Origin: an uncultured Methanosarcinales archaeon
GTDB lineage: Archaea > Nanobdellota > Nanobdellia > Woesearchaeales > JAGWAF01
Reading direction: 5' to 3'
DNA length: 64,000 nucleotides
Assembly: GCA_964414985.1 (NCBI GenBank)
Contig: CAYPXA010000002.1
Location: 87,513 to 151,512, forward strand
Below the pieces are notes generated by a model. That model searched no databases. It was given only the letters and a program-made list of their open reading frames with translations, and was not told the DNA's origin. Both the position numbers and the translations under genes were made by a program. Of the stretch, positions 19,852-29,713 are shown piece by piece. Positions within the stretch are counted from its first letter, which is position 1; each line of letters starts with the position of its first letter.

Positions 19852-20466
19852 ATGGCAGGAATCGACGATTTCAAAAAGATGTCCCCTGAAGAGAGGATAA
19901 AGAAGCTTAAGCAGCTTGAGGCTGATAGGAGAAAGGAGCTTGCCGAAGCTGAAAAGATGATAAAGGAGTCTGAAGGCGAGCTTGCGAATGAGGAAAAGAT
20001 AAGGCAGGAAATTCCTGTGCCCCAGATGGCTGCAGTAGACATAAACAACCTTTTCACAAAAGAGGAAAAGGAGATTTTTGCAGCAAAAAGGTACCAGTCA
20101 TCAGGCCCTCTCAAGGATGATTCAGGAGAGCCTGCAAAAAAGCAGAAAAAGGAAAAATCCCTTGAAGAGGAGATTGAGGATTCAAGGGTTGCAAAGCTGA
20201 CTGATGAGCAGGCTGCAAGCCAAAGGCAGTACGGAGCCCAGCTTGCAAGGGAGCAGCCAAGCCAGCTTTACGTGATGGCAAAGGAGGCATACAGCGAATT
20301 CAGGGAGACAGGAATGGTCGACACTGAAAAAATGTATGCGCTTGATGTTGCAATAAGGATGAAGGACAGCGAATCTCCTTCAGGCAATTACAAGGCAGCA
20401 TCTGAAGAGGCGCAGGAGCAGTTCGGCTCTGTCAAAAGCATAATAAAATACCTTAGAGGAAGATAA
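19852..20466 (+). CDS. acidic coiled-coil protein (204 aa), middle gene of operon
   Basis: K/E-rich heptad-like sequence; stop TAA overlaps ATG of next gene (TAATG at 20464-20468). Confidence 0.5.
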   Translation: MAGIDDFKKMSPEERIKKLKQLEADRRKELAEAEKMIKESEGELANEEKIRQEIPVPQMAAVDINNLFTKEEKEIFAAKRYQSSGPLKDDSGEPAKKQKKEKSLEEEIEDSRVAKLTDEQAASQRQYGAQLAREQPSQLYVMAKEAYSEFRETGMVDTEKMYALDVAIRMKDSESPSGNYKAASEEAQEQFGSVKSIIKYLRGR

Positions 20467-22580
20467 TGGAATTTCAATCATCATACTACAGCCCGATGGA
20501 CAGGAGCTATTCAGGCAACAAGCTTCCAGACATAAAGCCTGCCGAATCGCTTGAGCAGCCGATAATACCAATAAGCCAAATAGGCCAGACTGTAACTGAA
20601 GGAAGCAGGTTTGGAAACCTTATCCAGACAGCGACAGCAGCAATAAGGGCTGGAACAGGCAGGATAGAGCTTCAGACCCAGATGGGCGGCGGAGGAGAGC
20701 CTGTCGGAGCTGAAAGCTACGGCAAAGAGGCAAGGGAAGCATTGAGGGAGCTGGCAAGGGCAAACCAGGTCCAGTTCACTTCAGTCCACACTCCTACTTC
20801 AGTTGGAAACCTTTCAGGATTCAACCCCCAGCAGGGCAACTTTAATGACGAGCACAGGAAGATAGAGCTTGATGAAGTCAAAAAAGCAATAAGGTTTGCT
20901 GCAGACGCAGCCCAGGGAGGCGCTGTTGTAGTCCATACAGGAGAGTTCCATAGGCCAATCTTTGACGCTGACTGGAACAAGAAGGGAAAATGGGCAGACT
21001 CATTCATAGGCTATGATGAGGAGCCTGAAAAGACAGTCATGCACCTTGTGGATGACAGGACAGGCAGGGTAATTTCTGAAGTCAGGAGAAACCAGGAGGT
21101 TTACAGGCCTGTTTGGAACAAATACAAAGGCGATTCTTCCTACAAGGACAGCAAGGGCAATTCAGTCCAGAAAGGCGACTATGTTGATTATGAAGGAAAT
21201 AAGATTCAGAACTTTGAGGAAAGGGTGCCTGAATACGATGCAGAAAAAGGCCTTTTCAAGGTTGAAAAAAAGACTTGGAAGGACTTTGAGGAAGAGGCAG
21301 AGGAGAGAAACACAATCCTGCAGAAGCAGTATGGAAGGCAGCTCAAGCCTGAAGAAAGGGTAACTCCTGAAGAATCTTTTATGCAGGCACAGCTGGAAAG
21401 CAACATAGGAGTTGCAAAGGGCTGGGCTCTCAACTACGGAATGAGGGTCAAGGATGAGCTTGAGGCGCTCGGAAAAGTCAAGAAGGCGCTTGAATACTAT
21501 GAAAAGCTTGAGAAGCAGGCAAACCCTGAAGAGCTTTTTGCAATGCGAAAGGATGCAGGCTCAATGCTCGGAAGGTTTGGAGTGCCTCCAGAGCTTACTC
21601 TTTCTGAAAAAAAGCTTCCTTCAGAAATGCTCAGGGAAGGGCTTTGGGAGATAAGAAAGCAGATAGAGTCTTCAAAAGATATGGCAACATCGCAGATGCA
21701 GCAGGCAAAGGAGCAGGAGCTTATGAAGCAGCACGCTGTGTCAATCGACAAGTATGCAAAAAAGAAGTCTTTCGGCGGCTTTGCAGAGGCAGGGCTTCAT
21801 GCTTACAAGGAGACAAAAAACAATCCTTATGTGAAAAAGGATGTTTTTGTAGCTCCTGAAAACATATTTCCTGAAATGGGATTCGGAAGCCATCCTGAAG
21901 AGCTTATTGAACTTGTTAAAGGTGCAAGAAAAGAGATGGTAAAGAAGCTGACTGAAAAGTATATTGAAGACCCTTCAGGAAGAAGGGATGACGATGGCAA
22001 GCCGATAATGGTTGCAAACCCTGACTTTCAGGGCATTGAAAAGTCAGAGGCTGAAAAGCTTGCAGAAAAGCACATCAAGGCAACTTTTGACACACAGCAT
22101 ATGGGAATGTGGTGGAAGCACTTTAAAGCAAAGCCTGGAGAATCAGAAAACCAGACTAGAAAAAGGTTCAACTCATGGTATATGGATGAAGTTGAAAAGA
22201 TGCAGAATGAGAAAATCATTGGAAACATCCATCTTGTTGACAGCATTGGCGGCGGCCACCATCACCTTCCTGCAGGACAGGGAGACCTTCCTGTTGTTGA
22301 TGCAATCAGGCTGCTCAAGAAAAAAGGCTATGGGGGCTTCATCAATTCAGAGGCTTATGAGGAAGACAGGTTTTCTCCTGGAAGGATTGTCATAGAAACC
22401 TGGGCTGCATTCGGAAGCCCAATCCAGAGGGGCTATGCGTCAATGGCTCCAGGCGGGCCGCAGGCATGGTCTGACGTGAGAAGCGGCTATTTCGGCCAGA
22501 CTTACCCCCCAAGATTTGTTTTCGGAGCGTATGCGCCTTCAAACGACTGGACGCTGTGGAGCCAGACGCCGATGGAGTAA
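20466..22580 (+). CDS. xylose-isomerase-like / endonuclease-IV-like TIM-barrel protein with ~320-aa charged coiled-coil insertion
   Basis: Ordered metal-ligand motifs VHTP, HTGEF, PENIFPEMGFG, DTQHMG, IHLVDSIGGGHHH, SEAYEE matching AP-endonuclease-2/xylose isomerase fold; insert between HTGEF (~res 157) and PEN (~res 478). Confidence 0.6.
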   Translation: MEFQSSYYSPMDRSYSGNKLPDIKPAESLEQPIIPISQIGQTVTEGSRFGNLIQTATAAIRAGTGRIELQTQMGGGGEPVGAESYGKEAREALRELARANQVQFTSVHTPTSVGNLSGFNPQQGNFNDEHRKIELDEVKKAIRFAADAAQGGAVVVHTGEFHRPIFDADWNKKGKWADSFIGYDEEPEKTVMHLVDDRTGRVISEVRRNQEVYRPVWNKYKGDSSYKDSKGNSVQKGDYVDYEGNKIQNFEERVPEYDAEKGLFKVEKKTWKDFEEEAEERNTILQKQYGRQLKPEERVTPEESFMQAQLESNIGVAKGWALNYGMRVKDELEALGKVKKALEYYEKLEKQANPEELFAMRKDAGSMLGRFGVPPELTLSEKKLPSEMLREGLWEIRKQIESSKDMATSQMQQAKEQELMKQHAVSIDKYAKKKSFGGFAEAGLHAYKETKNNPYVKKDVFVAPENIFPEMGFGSHPEELIELVKGARKEMVKKLTEKYIEDPSGRRDDDGKPIMVANPDFQGIEKSEAEKLAEKHIKATFDTQHMGMWWKHFKAKPGESENQTRKRFNSWYMDEVEKMQNEKIIGNIHLVDSIGGGHHHLPAGQGDLPVVDAIRLLKKKGYGGFINSEAYEEDRFSPGRIVIETWAAFGSPIQRGYASMAPGGPQAWSDVRSGYFGQTYPPRFVFGAYAPSNDWTLWSQTPME

Positions 22581-22597
22581 TCTGCTGAAAAATTAAA

Positions 22598-23779
22598 TCA
22601 CGCTGCATCCAGCTTTTTGTTTGATTTCTTTATCAGAATAATAGCCAATGAGCCGATTGCAAGCGCGATAACTCCCTGCATAAAAAGGGCAAAGAATATT
22701 GAATACATGTCTGCCAGGCACCCAAAAATAGGGAACAGGATAATGCCTATTATGCTCTCAAAAAATCCATTTAGCGAATGGACTGTCGCCCTGTGATGGG
22801 ATTCAGTGTGCTGGTTTATGCAGCCGCTTATTACAGGCCTTATAGCGCCCCAGCTGAACTGGCCTAAAAATATTATCAGGATTCCTGCAGGCGAAAAATG
22901 CAGCGCCAGCATCATTGTGCTTAAGAAAACTCCAATCAAGATTATTATGAGCATTCTTAATTCTCCAACCCTTTTTTCAAGTGTGTGGGAGATTCTTGAG
23001 CTGAATGCAGAAAACAAGAGCCATACAAGGTAGATTGCCCCAAAGTATTTCAGCTCAATCCCATTCATCTGCAGGTAAGGCTGAAAAAACTTGTGGCTTG
23101 CAATCATTATTGAAAGCATGAAGCCGTAGAAAAGGATAGCCCATTTTATTTTTGGGTGCTTCAATGTGAATCCTGCAGCTTCTTTAAGGTGAAGGAAATA
23201 CCTCCTGTCTTCAGACTCCTTCCTTCTTCTGGGCTCTTTGAGCAGAATTGCAAAAACAGCAGCTGCAATAAGCGAGCACATTGTAGCTGCAACAGGAATC
23301 CTTAATCCGGAGTCTGCCATAATTCCTCCGAAAAATGCAGCAATGCCCATTGCTGCAAGCCCGAATGAAGATGCCTTTCCCTCAATCTTCTTGAATTCTT
23401 TTTCCCTTTTCAAGTCCTTAAGTGTGTCATAAATAAATGCAAAATCGCTTCCTGACCTGAATGCAAGCCTTGCACCGAAAAGCACAGAGCCCAGCAAAAA
23501 AATCCAAAATTCATGTGCAATAAGGAGTATGCCCATGTATGCTGCTCCTGACACTGCAGAGATTATAAGGCAGGTTTTTCTGCCGTAATAGTCTGCAAAG
23601 ACTCCGCTTGGAACTTCAAGAATCAGCTGAGAGGCTGCTATTACTACGCTTAGCAGAAACATCTGGGTGTAGCTAAGCCCTGCATCAAGGAAAAAAATAG
23701 TGAATATCGGCAGCCAGAAGCTGAACTGCATGAAAAATGAATATGCATAATACTTTCTTATGTTGGACTCTTCTTTCAT
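22598..23779 (-). CDS. major facilitator superfamily transporter
   Basis: 12 hydrophobic segments, G..aDr.GRK-like motif (ADYYGRKT); start chosen at MKEES to avoid overlap. Confidence 0.7.
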   Translation of the reverse strand: MKEESNIRKYYAYSFFMQFSFWLPIFTIFFLDAGLSYTQMFLLSVVIAASQLILEVPSGVFADYYGRKTCLIISAVSGAAYMGILLIAHEFWIFLLGSVLFGARLAFRSGSDFAFIYDTLKDLKREKEFKKIEGKASSFGLAAMGIAAFFGGIMADSGLRIPVAATMCSLIAAAVFAILLKEPRRRKESEDRRYFLHLKEAAGFTLKHPKIKWAILFYGFMLSIMIASHKFFQPYLQMNGIELKYFGAIYLVWLLFSAFSSRISHTLEKRVGELRMLIIILIGVFLSTMMLALHFSPAGILIIFLGQFSWGAIRPVISGCINQHTESHHRATVHSLNGFFESIIGIILFPIFGCLADMYSIFFALFMQGVIALAIGSLAIILIKKSNKKLDAA

Positions 23780-23781
23780 TT

Positions 23782-24315
23782 CTATGTCAGGCTTATCTCG
23801 TAAAGAACTGTTGCAACACCAGGATTTGCTAGCTTCCACCACTTGTAGGCTGTCCTTTTCTCAGTGCTTTCGTAGCTCCTGTTGTTGTTTTGTATCTGGT
23901 CCATCTTCCACTCTTCAGTAAACTGCTTGATTTCATCCCAGGAGATTGTCTCTTCCTTCCTGAATGCAATTTTTGAAGTTTCCTGCTCTGCAGCCTCATA
24001 CTTGTAGACAGCAGACTTTGTCTCGCCAAGATAGCTGAAAAGGCTGGAATAGTCAAGCTTTTTCACATAGCCTTCCAGAAACTGCATGTATTCCCTGCTT
24101 TCAATTTCCTTTTTTTCTTTTTTAAGGGAAATTTCTTTGCTGTCTTTTTCGCCCTTCTTTGCAGCTGGCTTCTTGCCTGCTTCAGTTTTTTTGCCGGAAG
24201 ATTCAGGCTTTGCCTCATTTTCAAGGGAAGGTTTGATTTTTTTTGCAATTGCATCTGAAGCAGCCTTCTGCGCTTCCCTTTCCACTTTTGCCTCAAGCTT
24301 TTCCTCTTCCTGCAT
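23782..24315 (-). CDS. Lys-rich hypothetical protein
   Basis: 177-aa ORF, K/E-rich N-terminus. Confidence 0.4.
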   Translation of the reverse strand: MQEEEKLEAKVEREAQKAASDAIAKKIKPSLENEAKPESSGKKTEAGKKPAAKKGEKDSKEISLKKEKKEIESREYMQFLEGYVKKLDYSSLFSYLGETKSAVYKYEAAEQETSKIAFRKEETISWDEIKQFTEEWKMDQIQNNNRSYESTEKRTAYKWWKLANPGVATVLYEISLT

Positions 24316-24359
24316 GAGCTATCAAAAGTTATAAATAATATATAAACTTATGGGGGCTT

Positions 24360-24896
24360 ATGGAAGGCGCTGAAGCAAGATTCGAGAGGATAAAAGATGC
24401 ATATGATGATTTCTATAAGGAGATTCTCAAAACAGGCCAGCTTCCTATGAGAGACACTGAAGTGGGTTTCTGGGGCACTGCAGCCTGCGACGACATATTT
24501 GAGCTTTTCAAAAAGGCAGGCCTGCACAACTACAGGAATTTCATAGACCTGGGAAGCGGAGACGGAAAGGTTGTGATGATTGCATCGCTTTTCACAAAGG
24601 CGTCAGGAGTTGAGTTTGACAGGGAGCTGCACGACAAGGCTGAAGAGATAAGGGCAAAGCTGGGGATTGATGCAGAGTTGATATGCGGAGACTTCCTTAA
24701 AATGGACATTTCAGGATATGACCTTGTTTTTATCAACCCTGACAAGGCTTTCCACAAGGGTGTTGAGAAAAAGCTTAGGGAAGAGCTGAAGGGAACTCTT
24801 ATTGTATACAACATGGTTTACCAGCCTTCAGGCATGAGCAAGGGAAGGACTTTCTGGATGGGCCAGACTCCTGCAACTGTCTATACTCCGAAATAG
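24360..24896 (+). CDS. class I SAM-dependent methyltransferase
   Basis: Motif I DLGSGDG, acidic post-I residue, GDF motif. Confidence 0.65.
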   Translation: MEGAEARFERIKDAYDDFYKEILKTGQLPMRDTEVGFWGTAACDDIFELFKKAGLHNYRNFIDLGSGDGKVVMIASLFTKASGVEFDRELHDKAEEIRAKLGIDAELICGDFLKMDISGYDLVFINPDKAFHKGVEKKLREELKGTLIVYNMVYQPSGMSKGRTFWMGQTPATVYTPK

Positions 24897-24950
24897 TCAC
24901 AAAACTATTTAAAGCATTTTTCAGGTATATATGCTAAACCGGGGTTTTAG

Positions 24951-25766
24951 ATGGAATTCAACATAAAACAGAAGAAGCACCATAATATTCCAAAGTACAT
25001 TGATGATGACTACAGGCTTGCCCTCAAGTTTTCTGAGAACATTCACAAGGAGCTTGGCGAATTCCTAAAGGCTGTTGTGCTTTTCGGAAGCGCAGGCAGG
25101 AATGAGAAGACTTTGTATGAAAAAGACATTGATGTAATGATTGTTGTCAATGATTTAACAGTTGTCATAAGCCAGGAAGTGATTGAGGCTTACAGGATAA
25201 TAACTGAAAAGGTTGCTTCATCAGTCTCAAGAAGGCTTCACATCACCACAATGAAGATGACTGCGTTCTGGGACTATATGAAGGCAGGAGACCCGATTGC
25301 AATAAACATACTAAGGGATGGAGTGCCTCTTTATGACACAGGATTCTTTGAGCCTATGCAGGTGCTTCTTTTCCAGGGAAGGATAAGGCCGACAGAGGAA
25401 AGCATCTGGGTATATTTCACAAGGGCTCCAACAACTCTTGTAAATTCAAGATGGCATTTGCTTCAGGCAACTTTGGATTTGTACTGGGCAGTAATCGACT
25501 CTGCGCACGCAGCTCTTATGAGAATGGGCGAGATTCCGCCTTCTCCTTCAAAGGTTGCAGGCTTGATTAATGATAAGATGGTCAAAAAAGGCATTGTCTC
25601 CAGGAAATACGCAAACACAATGCATTTCTTCTACGAGCTTTCAAAGAAGATAACTCATAGGCAGCTGCAGAATGTTACAGGCCCGCAGTACGAAAGGTAC
25701 TTTAAGGAAGCAAACGAGTTTGTAAGCGCAATGCAGAAAGTCATTGAGAACAGGCACATTAAGTAA
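24951..25766 (+). CDS. nucleotidyltransferase-domain protein with C-terminal HEPN-like region
   Basis: FGSAGRNEKTLYEKDIDVMIVV = GS-x-DxD NTase signature; C-terminal R-x6-H (RKYANTMH). Confidence 0.6.
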   Translation: MEFNIKQKKHHNIPKYIDDDYRLALKFSENIHKELGEFLKAVVLFGSAGRNEKTLYEKDIDVMIVVNDLTVVISQEVIEAYRIITEKVASSVSRRLHITTMKMTAFWDYMKAGDPIAINILRDGVPLYDTGFFEPMQVLLFQGRIRPTEESIWVYFTRAPTTLVNSRWHLLQATLDLYWAVIDSAHAALMRMGEIPPSPSKVAGLINDKMVKKGIVSRKYANTMHFFYELSKKITHRQLQNVTGPQYERYFKEANEFVSAMQKVIENRHIK

Positions 25767-25815
25767 GCTGTTGGTTCTAGGACGGTTTTTGAGTTGGTTC
25801 CAAGCAAGCTATTGT

Positions 25816-25911
25816 GCATTGCCACCCAGCGCAGTACTTATTTTGGACATTGTTCAAAAGGTGGCTCCTCAACAGAAGAGGTTCAATACTCAACACGAAG
25901 CTCGAGCAATG
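25816..25911 (+). repeat. MITE-like intergenic repeat, copy 1 (~96 bp)
   Basis: Shares >80% identity by eye with 35035-35131 and reverse complement of 56053-56148; begins GCATTGCCACC. Confidence 0.7.
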
Positions 25912-25961
25912 AAATCTATTTGAGTGATATCTTTTTATAATCCTCCTCCATAACATCCATC

Positions 25962-26564
25962 ATGAACTTCAGCAATGAAAAAAAGCAGTGCCTTGAAAAG
26001 TCTGATAAATCCAAAAAGCAGTCTGTAGACATCCGAATCAGGGAGATTGTTGATTTCATAAACTCCCTTGAAGACTACTACACTACAAGCAGCTGTTCAG
26101 GCAGGATACTGGTCATTGAAAATCTTGAAAGCAGAAAGAAGAATGAGGCTGAATGGCTTTTTGCATCTCATGAAAAGGCTTCTGTCCAGGACATAAAAAA
26201 TGCGCTGGCATCACCAAGCCGGAATTCAGCATGGCTCAAGCAGGAAGGCTTCATACTCCACATCTGCTGCAGGACTCTTGATGCTGCAGACAAAATAATC
26301 TCCCTTGCAAGGGACTGCGGGCTTAAGCGAAGCGGCGCAATATCCTTCAGCAAGAGGATTATTGTTGAAATATTGGGCACAGACCGCATTGAGGCAGTGC
26401 TTGCAAGGCATGGAGCTGTCATTGCATCTGACTCTTACATAGAAGCAGCTGCTGAAGAGGCCAATTTGAAGATGGAAAAGAACTTTGAAAGGCTGATTCT
26501 GTTTTTTGATGCGCTTAAGCGCAGGGCTCTAAATAATGCAGGGAATGCTCCAAAAGATTTATAA
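25962..26564 (+). CDS. tRNA wybutosine-synthesis protein 3-like (TYW3/Taw3 family)
   Basis: ~200 aa with SSCSGRI motif characteristic of TYW3. Confidence 0.55.
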   Translation: MNFSNEKKQCLEKSDKSKKQSVDIRIREIVDFINSLEDYYTTSSCSGRILVIENLESRKKNEAEWLFASHEKASVQDIKNALASPSRNSAWLKQEGFILHICCRTLDAADKIISLARDCGLKRSGAISFSKRIIVEILGTDRIEAVLARHGAVIASDSYIEAAAEEANLKMEKNFERLILFFDALKRRALNNAGNAPKDL

Positions 26565-26609
26565 ACTGCCTTCACCTATTCAGTTAGGGTTTTTAATTTT
26601 GGAGTGAAG

Positions 26610-26738
26610 ATGCTGATAAAATACGTGAAATACGTAAATGATCCCTGCTTTGGCGAGAAGTATGAGCAGCATGAGCAGTGTGAATCCTGCTGGGTCAAGA
26701 AGAGCTGCTTTGTAAGGTTCAGGAACCGCAAGGAATAA
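26610..26738 (+). CDS. possible 42-aa four-Cys zinc-ribbon mini-protein (not in ORF track)
   Basis: MLIKYVKYVNDPCFGEKYEQHEQCESCWVKKSCFVRFRNRKE; C-x10-C-x2-C-x6-C. Confidence 0.2.
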   Translation: MLIKYVKYVNDPCFGEKYEQHEQCESCWVKKSCFVRFRNRKE

Positions 26739-26811
26739 AAAATAAAAAAACAAATTCTTTTTCGTGCATTAACTCATTTGTGCATCAATTCCTTATATCT
26801 TATTATCTCAA

Positions 26812-27747
26812 TTATATCTTTGCAGGGCTTATCATTATCCTGCCTGAATACTTTCCTGCAGCAGCGCTTCCTGATGCTTTTACTGTGATTTTTGCTGATG
26901 CAAACTCTCCTGGCTGGATTGATATTCCTGCTGTTTTTGCTGAACTTTCGCACTTTCCAGTGTAGCTTCCTGAAGACAGCTCTACTGAAGTGGTGTTTGA
27001 TGAAAAGCCTGTGCAGTAAAACCTTATGCCTGCAGCCACGCTTCCTGTATTCTGTATTGAAACCTGCCTTTCATAAGCTGTGCCCTTTTCAATCTTGCCA
27101 AAGTCTATTTTTGAAGTGCTTACAGATATTCTCGGATTTGTGTCTTCTTTGACTTCAAATTCTATCCCAATTTCAGAGGCATTGCTTGCGCTGCTGCCCG
27201 AAGATCCAAATGAAGGCTGTGATTCAATAAAATCTTTTGAGTTGTCTCCTGTGTATGCAACCCTCATCAGCGAATTGCCTTCTGATGTTTCGTTTGCAGG
27301 AGTGCCTTTGAAGAACATTGAGCCGATTTCATCAGGGTTGCCCCATCCGACTGCATCAATTACATCATCATTCATCATGATTGCAACACCTGAATTTGTG
27401 TTGTAAAGGTTAATCAGCTCTTCATGGTCTGCATCAGGCCAGTCCTGGCTGTCTTTTGAGCTGTTCCAGCCAAGGTCTGCAACAAGATAGTAGCAGCCTG
27501 CGCAAAGAGTGGTGTTTTCGGGTATTACAGCGTCCCTTGAGCTTGCTTCTGTCGCAATTTTCAGGCCTCCGATGTTTTCTGCAGAATTTTGGTTATTGTA
27601 TATTTCTACAGCCTCTCCGCCGGATTCTGTGCCTATAGGGTTGTACAAAACCTGGCTGATGACCAGTGCGCTTCCTGCATATGAAAAGCAGGACAAAAAA
27701 AGTGTTACAGCCAAAGCTGAAGCCGCAAATTGTTTTGCATTTTTCAT
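26812..27747 (-). CDS. secreted protein with lamin-tail-domain (LTD)-like N-terminal region
   Basis: Signal peptide; ISQVLYNPIGTESGGEAVEIYNN resembles LTD core (EV.yNP.G.D.g.E.iEl.N). Confidence 0.55.
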   Translation of the reverse strand: MKNAKQFAASALAVTLFLSCFSYAGSALVISQVLYNPIGTESGGEAVEIYNNQNSAENIGGLKIATEASSRDAVIPENTTLCAGCYYLVADLGWNSSKDSQDWPDADHEELINLYNTNSGVAIMMNDDVIDAVGWGNPDEIGSMFFKGTPANETSEGNSLMRVAYTGDNSKDFIESQPSFGSSGSSASNASEIGIEFEVKEDTNPRISVSTSKIDFGKIEKGTAYERQVSIQNTGSVAAGIRFYCTGFSSNTTSVELSSGSYTGKCESSAKTAGISIQPGEFASAKITVKASGSAAAGKYSGRIMISPAKI

Positions 27748-27789
27748 GCAGCAATCAAAATAAAGAGAATTAAAATGGGTTTTGCAGAA

Positions 27790-28098
27790 TTATTCGCAAT
27801 ATTTCCGTGCTTCTTCGCTTTTGCATGCATTGCAGTGCCTGTAGTAAATCCTTGTCTTGGGGTCTTCCTGCATTATCTTTGTAAGAATAGTGCCTGCATG
27901 CTCACAGGGTATCAAAGGCACACGGTAATAATTACCCATAATGTTGAAGAAAACTGAAAGCGGGCATACAGGGCCGCTGATTGAAATCATCTCAATATCC
28001 TTTGACTTTGAGAATCCGCCTTCTCTGCACTCCTTAACTTGCTCTTCGATTGATTTTGTGCACTTATTGTTATTGCCTTCTTCAGCCATTTGTCTCAC
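27790..28098 (-). CDS. hypothetical Cys-containing small protein
   Basis: 102-aa ORF. Confidence 0.35.
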   Translation of the reverse strand: MRQMAEEGNNNKCTKSIEEQVKECREGGFSKSKDIEMISISGPVCPLSVFFNIMGNYYRVPLIPCEHAGTILTKIMQEDPKTRIYYRHCNACKSEEARKYCE

Positions 28099-28158
28099 TT
28101 ATTTCTTTTTTTGACTAAAAAATATAAATAAAGTAAAAAAACAAAAAAATGTTTTTGC

Positions 28159-29622
28159 TTACTTAACAATAAGCAGCTTTGCTATGATGAATGCGCCTGC
28201 CATCACTACAGCAGCTATTGCCAAAACCAAAAGAAGCACATAGACTGTGCTGTCCCTGAATCCCTGGCCTGATGTTCCTGTAACTGTTGTTACTGGGACT
28301 GTGCTGCCTGATGTTGGCTGAGCTTCAGCAACTCCTGCTCCTGCTGCTGCAGTTGCGCCTGTGCTTGTTGATGGCGCTGTTGCATTAGCCTGGGCTGGAG
28401 CGCTTGGCTGCTCTGCTTCGCATGACTTGATGTTTATTGACACTGTCTGCCTGTCTGTTTCCTTGCTCCTGTCATAGTAAGCTACTACAGTAAATGCCTT
28501 TGAGCCTGTAGAGTCAACTTCTGAAGGAATTGCAATGTCAAATACAACCTTCTTGTCATCGCCTTCGTCAAGCGAGAGGTCAACTTTCCATGAGTCTATC
28601 TCAAGGTCCTCGTTGTATATCCTGACTGCAGCTTCGTCCTCGTCATTCTTTCCTATGTTGGAAATGCTGACTTCAACAGCAACAGACTCTCCGCATGATG
28701 CTGTTGCAGGGCTGATAGTTGCAGAGTTAATCCTTATCTCGTGGTTGTTCTTCTTGACTTCAAAGTCGCCTTCAATCCTCTGGCCGTGCTTTGCGCCAAA
28801 GCTGTCTTCGCCTGCTGCTATAACCAGTATGTCATACTCGTCATCGTCAACATCATCTTCAACATCAAATGAGAACTCCAGTGTTTCCTCTTCTCCTGCG
28901 CCAATGTCGCCGAATTCGAGGTCATCATCCTCATCTATGTCTCCGCCGATTTCCCATTTTCCGTCATCAGCTTCGATGTCAATGTCGTCAGATGACTTGA
29001 ACCTGTTTTTTGCTGAAATTGTTAGCTTTACAGAATCGCCTGGCTTGACGTCATCAATTGAGTCTCCGTCATCCTTAAGGCTCTGTGTTTCTCCGCCGAT
29101 TTCAAAGTCAATGTCTGAAATCTCAATCATGTTTTTTCTCTGCATGTATGCATTGAATGTTGCAACTGTTGCAGTTCCTGCCTTGAGGGTTACTGCTGCA
29201 ATGTTGAATGCAGCTGCCTTCTGCTCTGAATTGACTGCATCCAGCTTTTCAGAAATCCTTGCCTTCAGTGTGATGTCTGCAGTGCTGTTTGCAGCGATTG
29301 TTACAGCGCTGACAAGGCTTATGTTCATGTCGCTCTCTGTAAACCCAAGGTTGTACAGTGCGCTTACTGAATTTATTGTGACTGCTGATACTCCATTGTT
29401 GTAGACTCTTACAACTCCGGTATCATAAACATTGTAGTCTGAATCATCGTCATCCAAATCCGGATTGCTTGCCTTCTGGTCAGCCCCTCCGAATATCGGG
29501 CTTGTTTCGCTGAATGTGCTTGTAACACTTACTGCTGCAAGTGCTGGTGCTGCAAAAACAGCCAAAATAAGCACAGCGCATAGGCCGAGTATTGAAAACT
29601 TCTTCATTTTTTGAACCCCCAT
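28159..29622 (-). CDS. acidic cell-surface protein with N-terminal signal peptide and C-terminal TM anchor
   Basis: Signal MKKFSILGLCAVLILAVFAAPALA; D/E-rich; C-terminal VYVLLLVLAIAAVVMAGAFIIAKLLIVK. Confidence 0.65.
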   Translation of the reverse strand: MGVQKMKKFSILGLCAVLILAVFAAPALAAVSVTSTFSETSPIFGGADQKASNPDLDDDDSDYNVYDTGVVRVYNNGVSAVTINSVSALYNLGFTESDMNISLVSAVTIAANSTADITLKARISEKLDAVNSEQKAAAFNIAAVTLKAGTATVATFNAYMQRKNMIEISDIDFEIGGETQSLKDDGDSIDDVKPGDSVKLTISAKNRFKSSDDIDIEADDGKWEIGGDIDEDDDLEFGDIGAGEEETLEFSFDVEDDVDDDEYDILVIAAGEDSFGAKHGQRIEGDFEVKKNNHEIRINSATISPATASCGESVAVEVSISNIGKNDEDEAAVRIYNEDLEIDSWKVDLSLDEGDDKKVVFDIAIPSEVDSTGSKAFTVVAYYDRSKETDRQTVSINIKSCEAEQPSAPAQANATAPSTSTGATAAAGAGVAEAQPTSGSTVPVTTVTGTSGQGFRDSTVYVLLLVLAIAAVVMAGAFIIAKLLIVK

Positions 29623-29713
29623 TTGTTTAGCTTAATAGCAGTATTTAACAGAAGTTAGTATTACACAGTAGTATATAAAGATTACTATACTTGGCGGACT
29701 ACACAATTGCTTT

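Noticed and set aside
20466-22580. Annotating the 704-aa protein simply as endonuclease IV (nfo)
   Set aside because: The motif order fits the fold, but the ~320-aa insertion and the operon context are unlike any bona fide Nfo. I keep it as an Nfo/xylose-isomerase-like TIM barrel of unknown function.
25767-25961. tRNA-like GGTTCAATACTC segment
   Set aside because: No complementary T-stem and no acceptor or anticodon arms. The segment is part of the MITE-like repeat.
28535-29404. 289-aa Ser-rich ORF on plus strand
   Set aside because: Lies antisense inside the acidic surface-protein gene (28159-29622). Its low-complexity S-rich translation is the typical mirror image of a D/E-rich gene, so it is not a separate gene.
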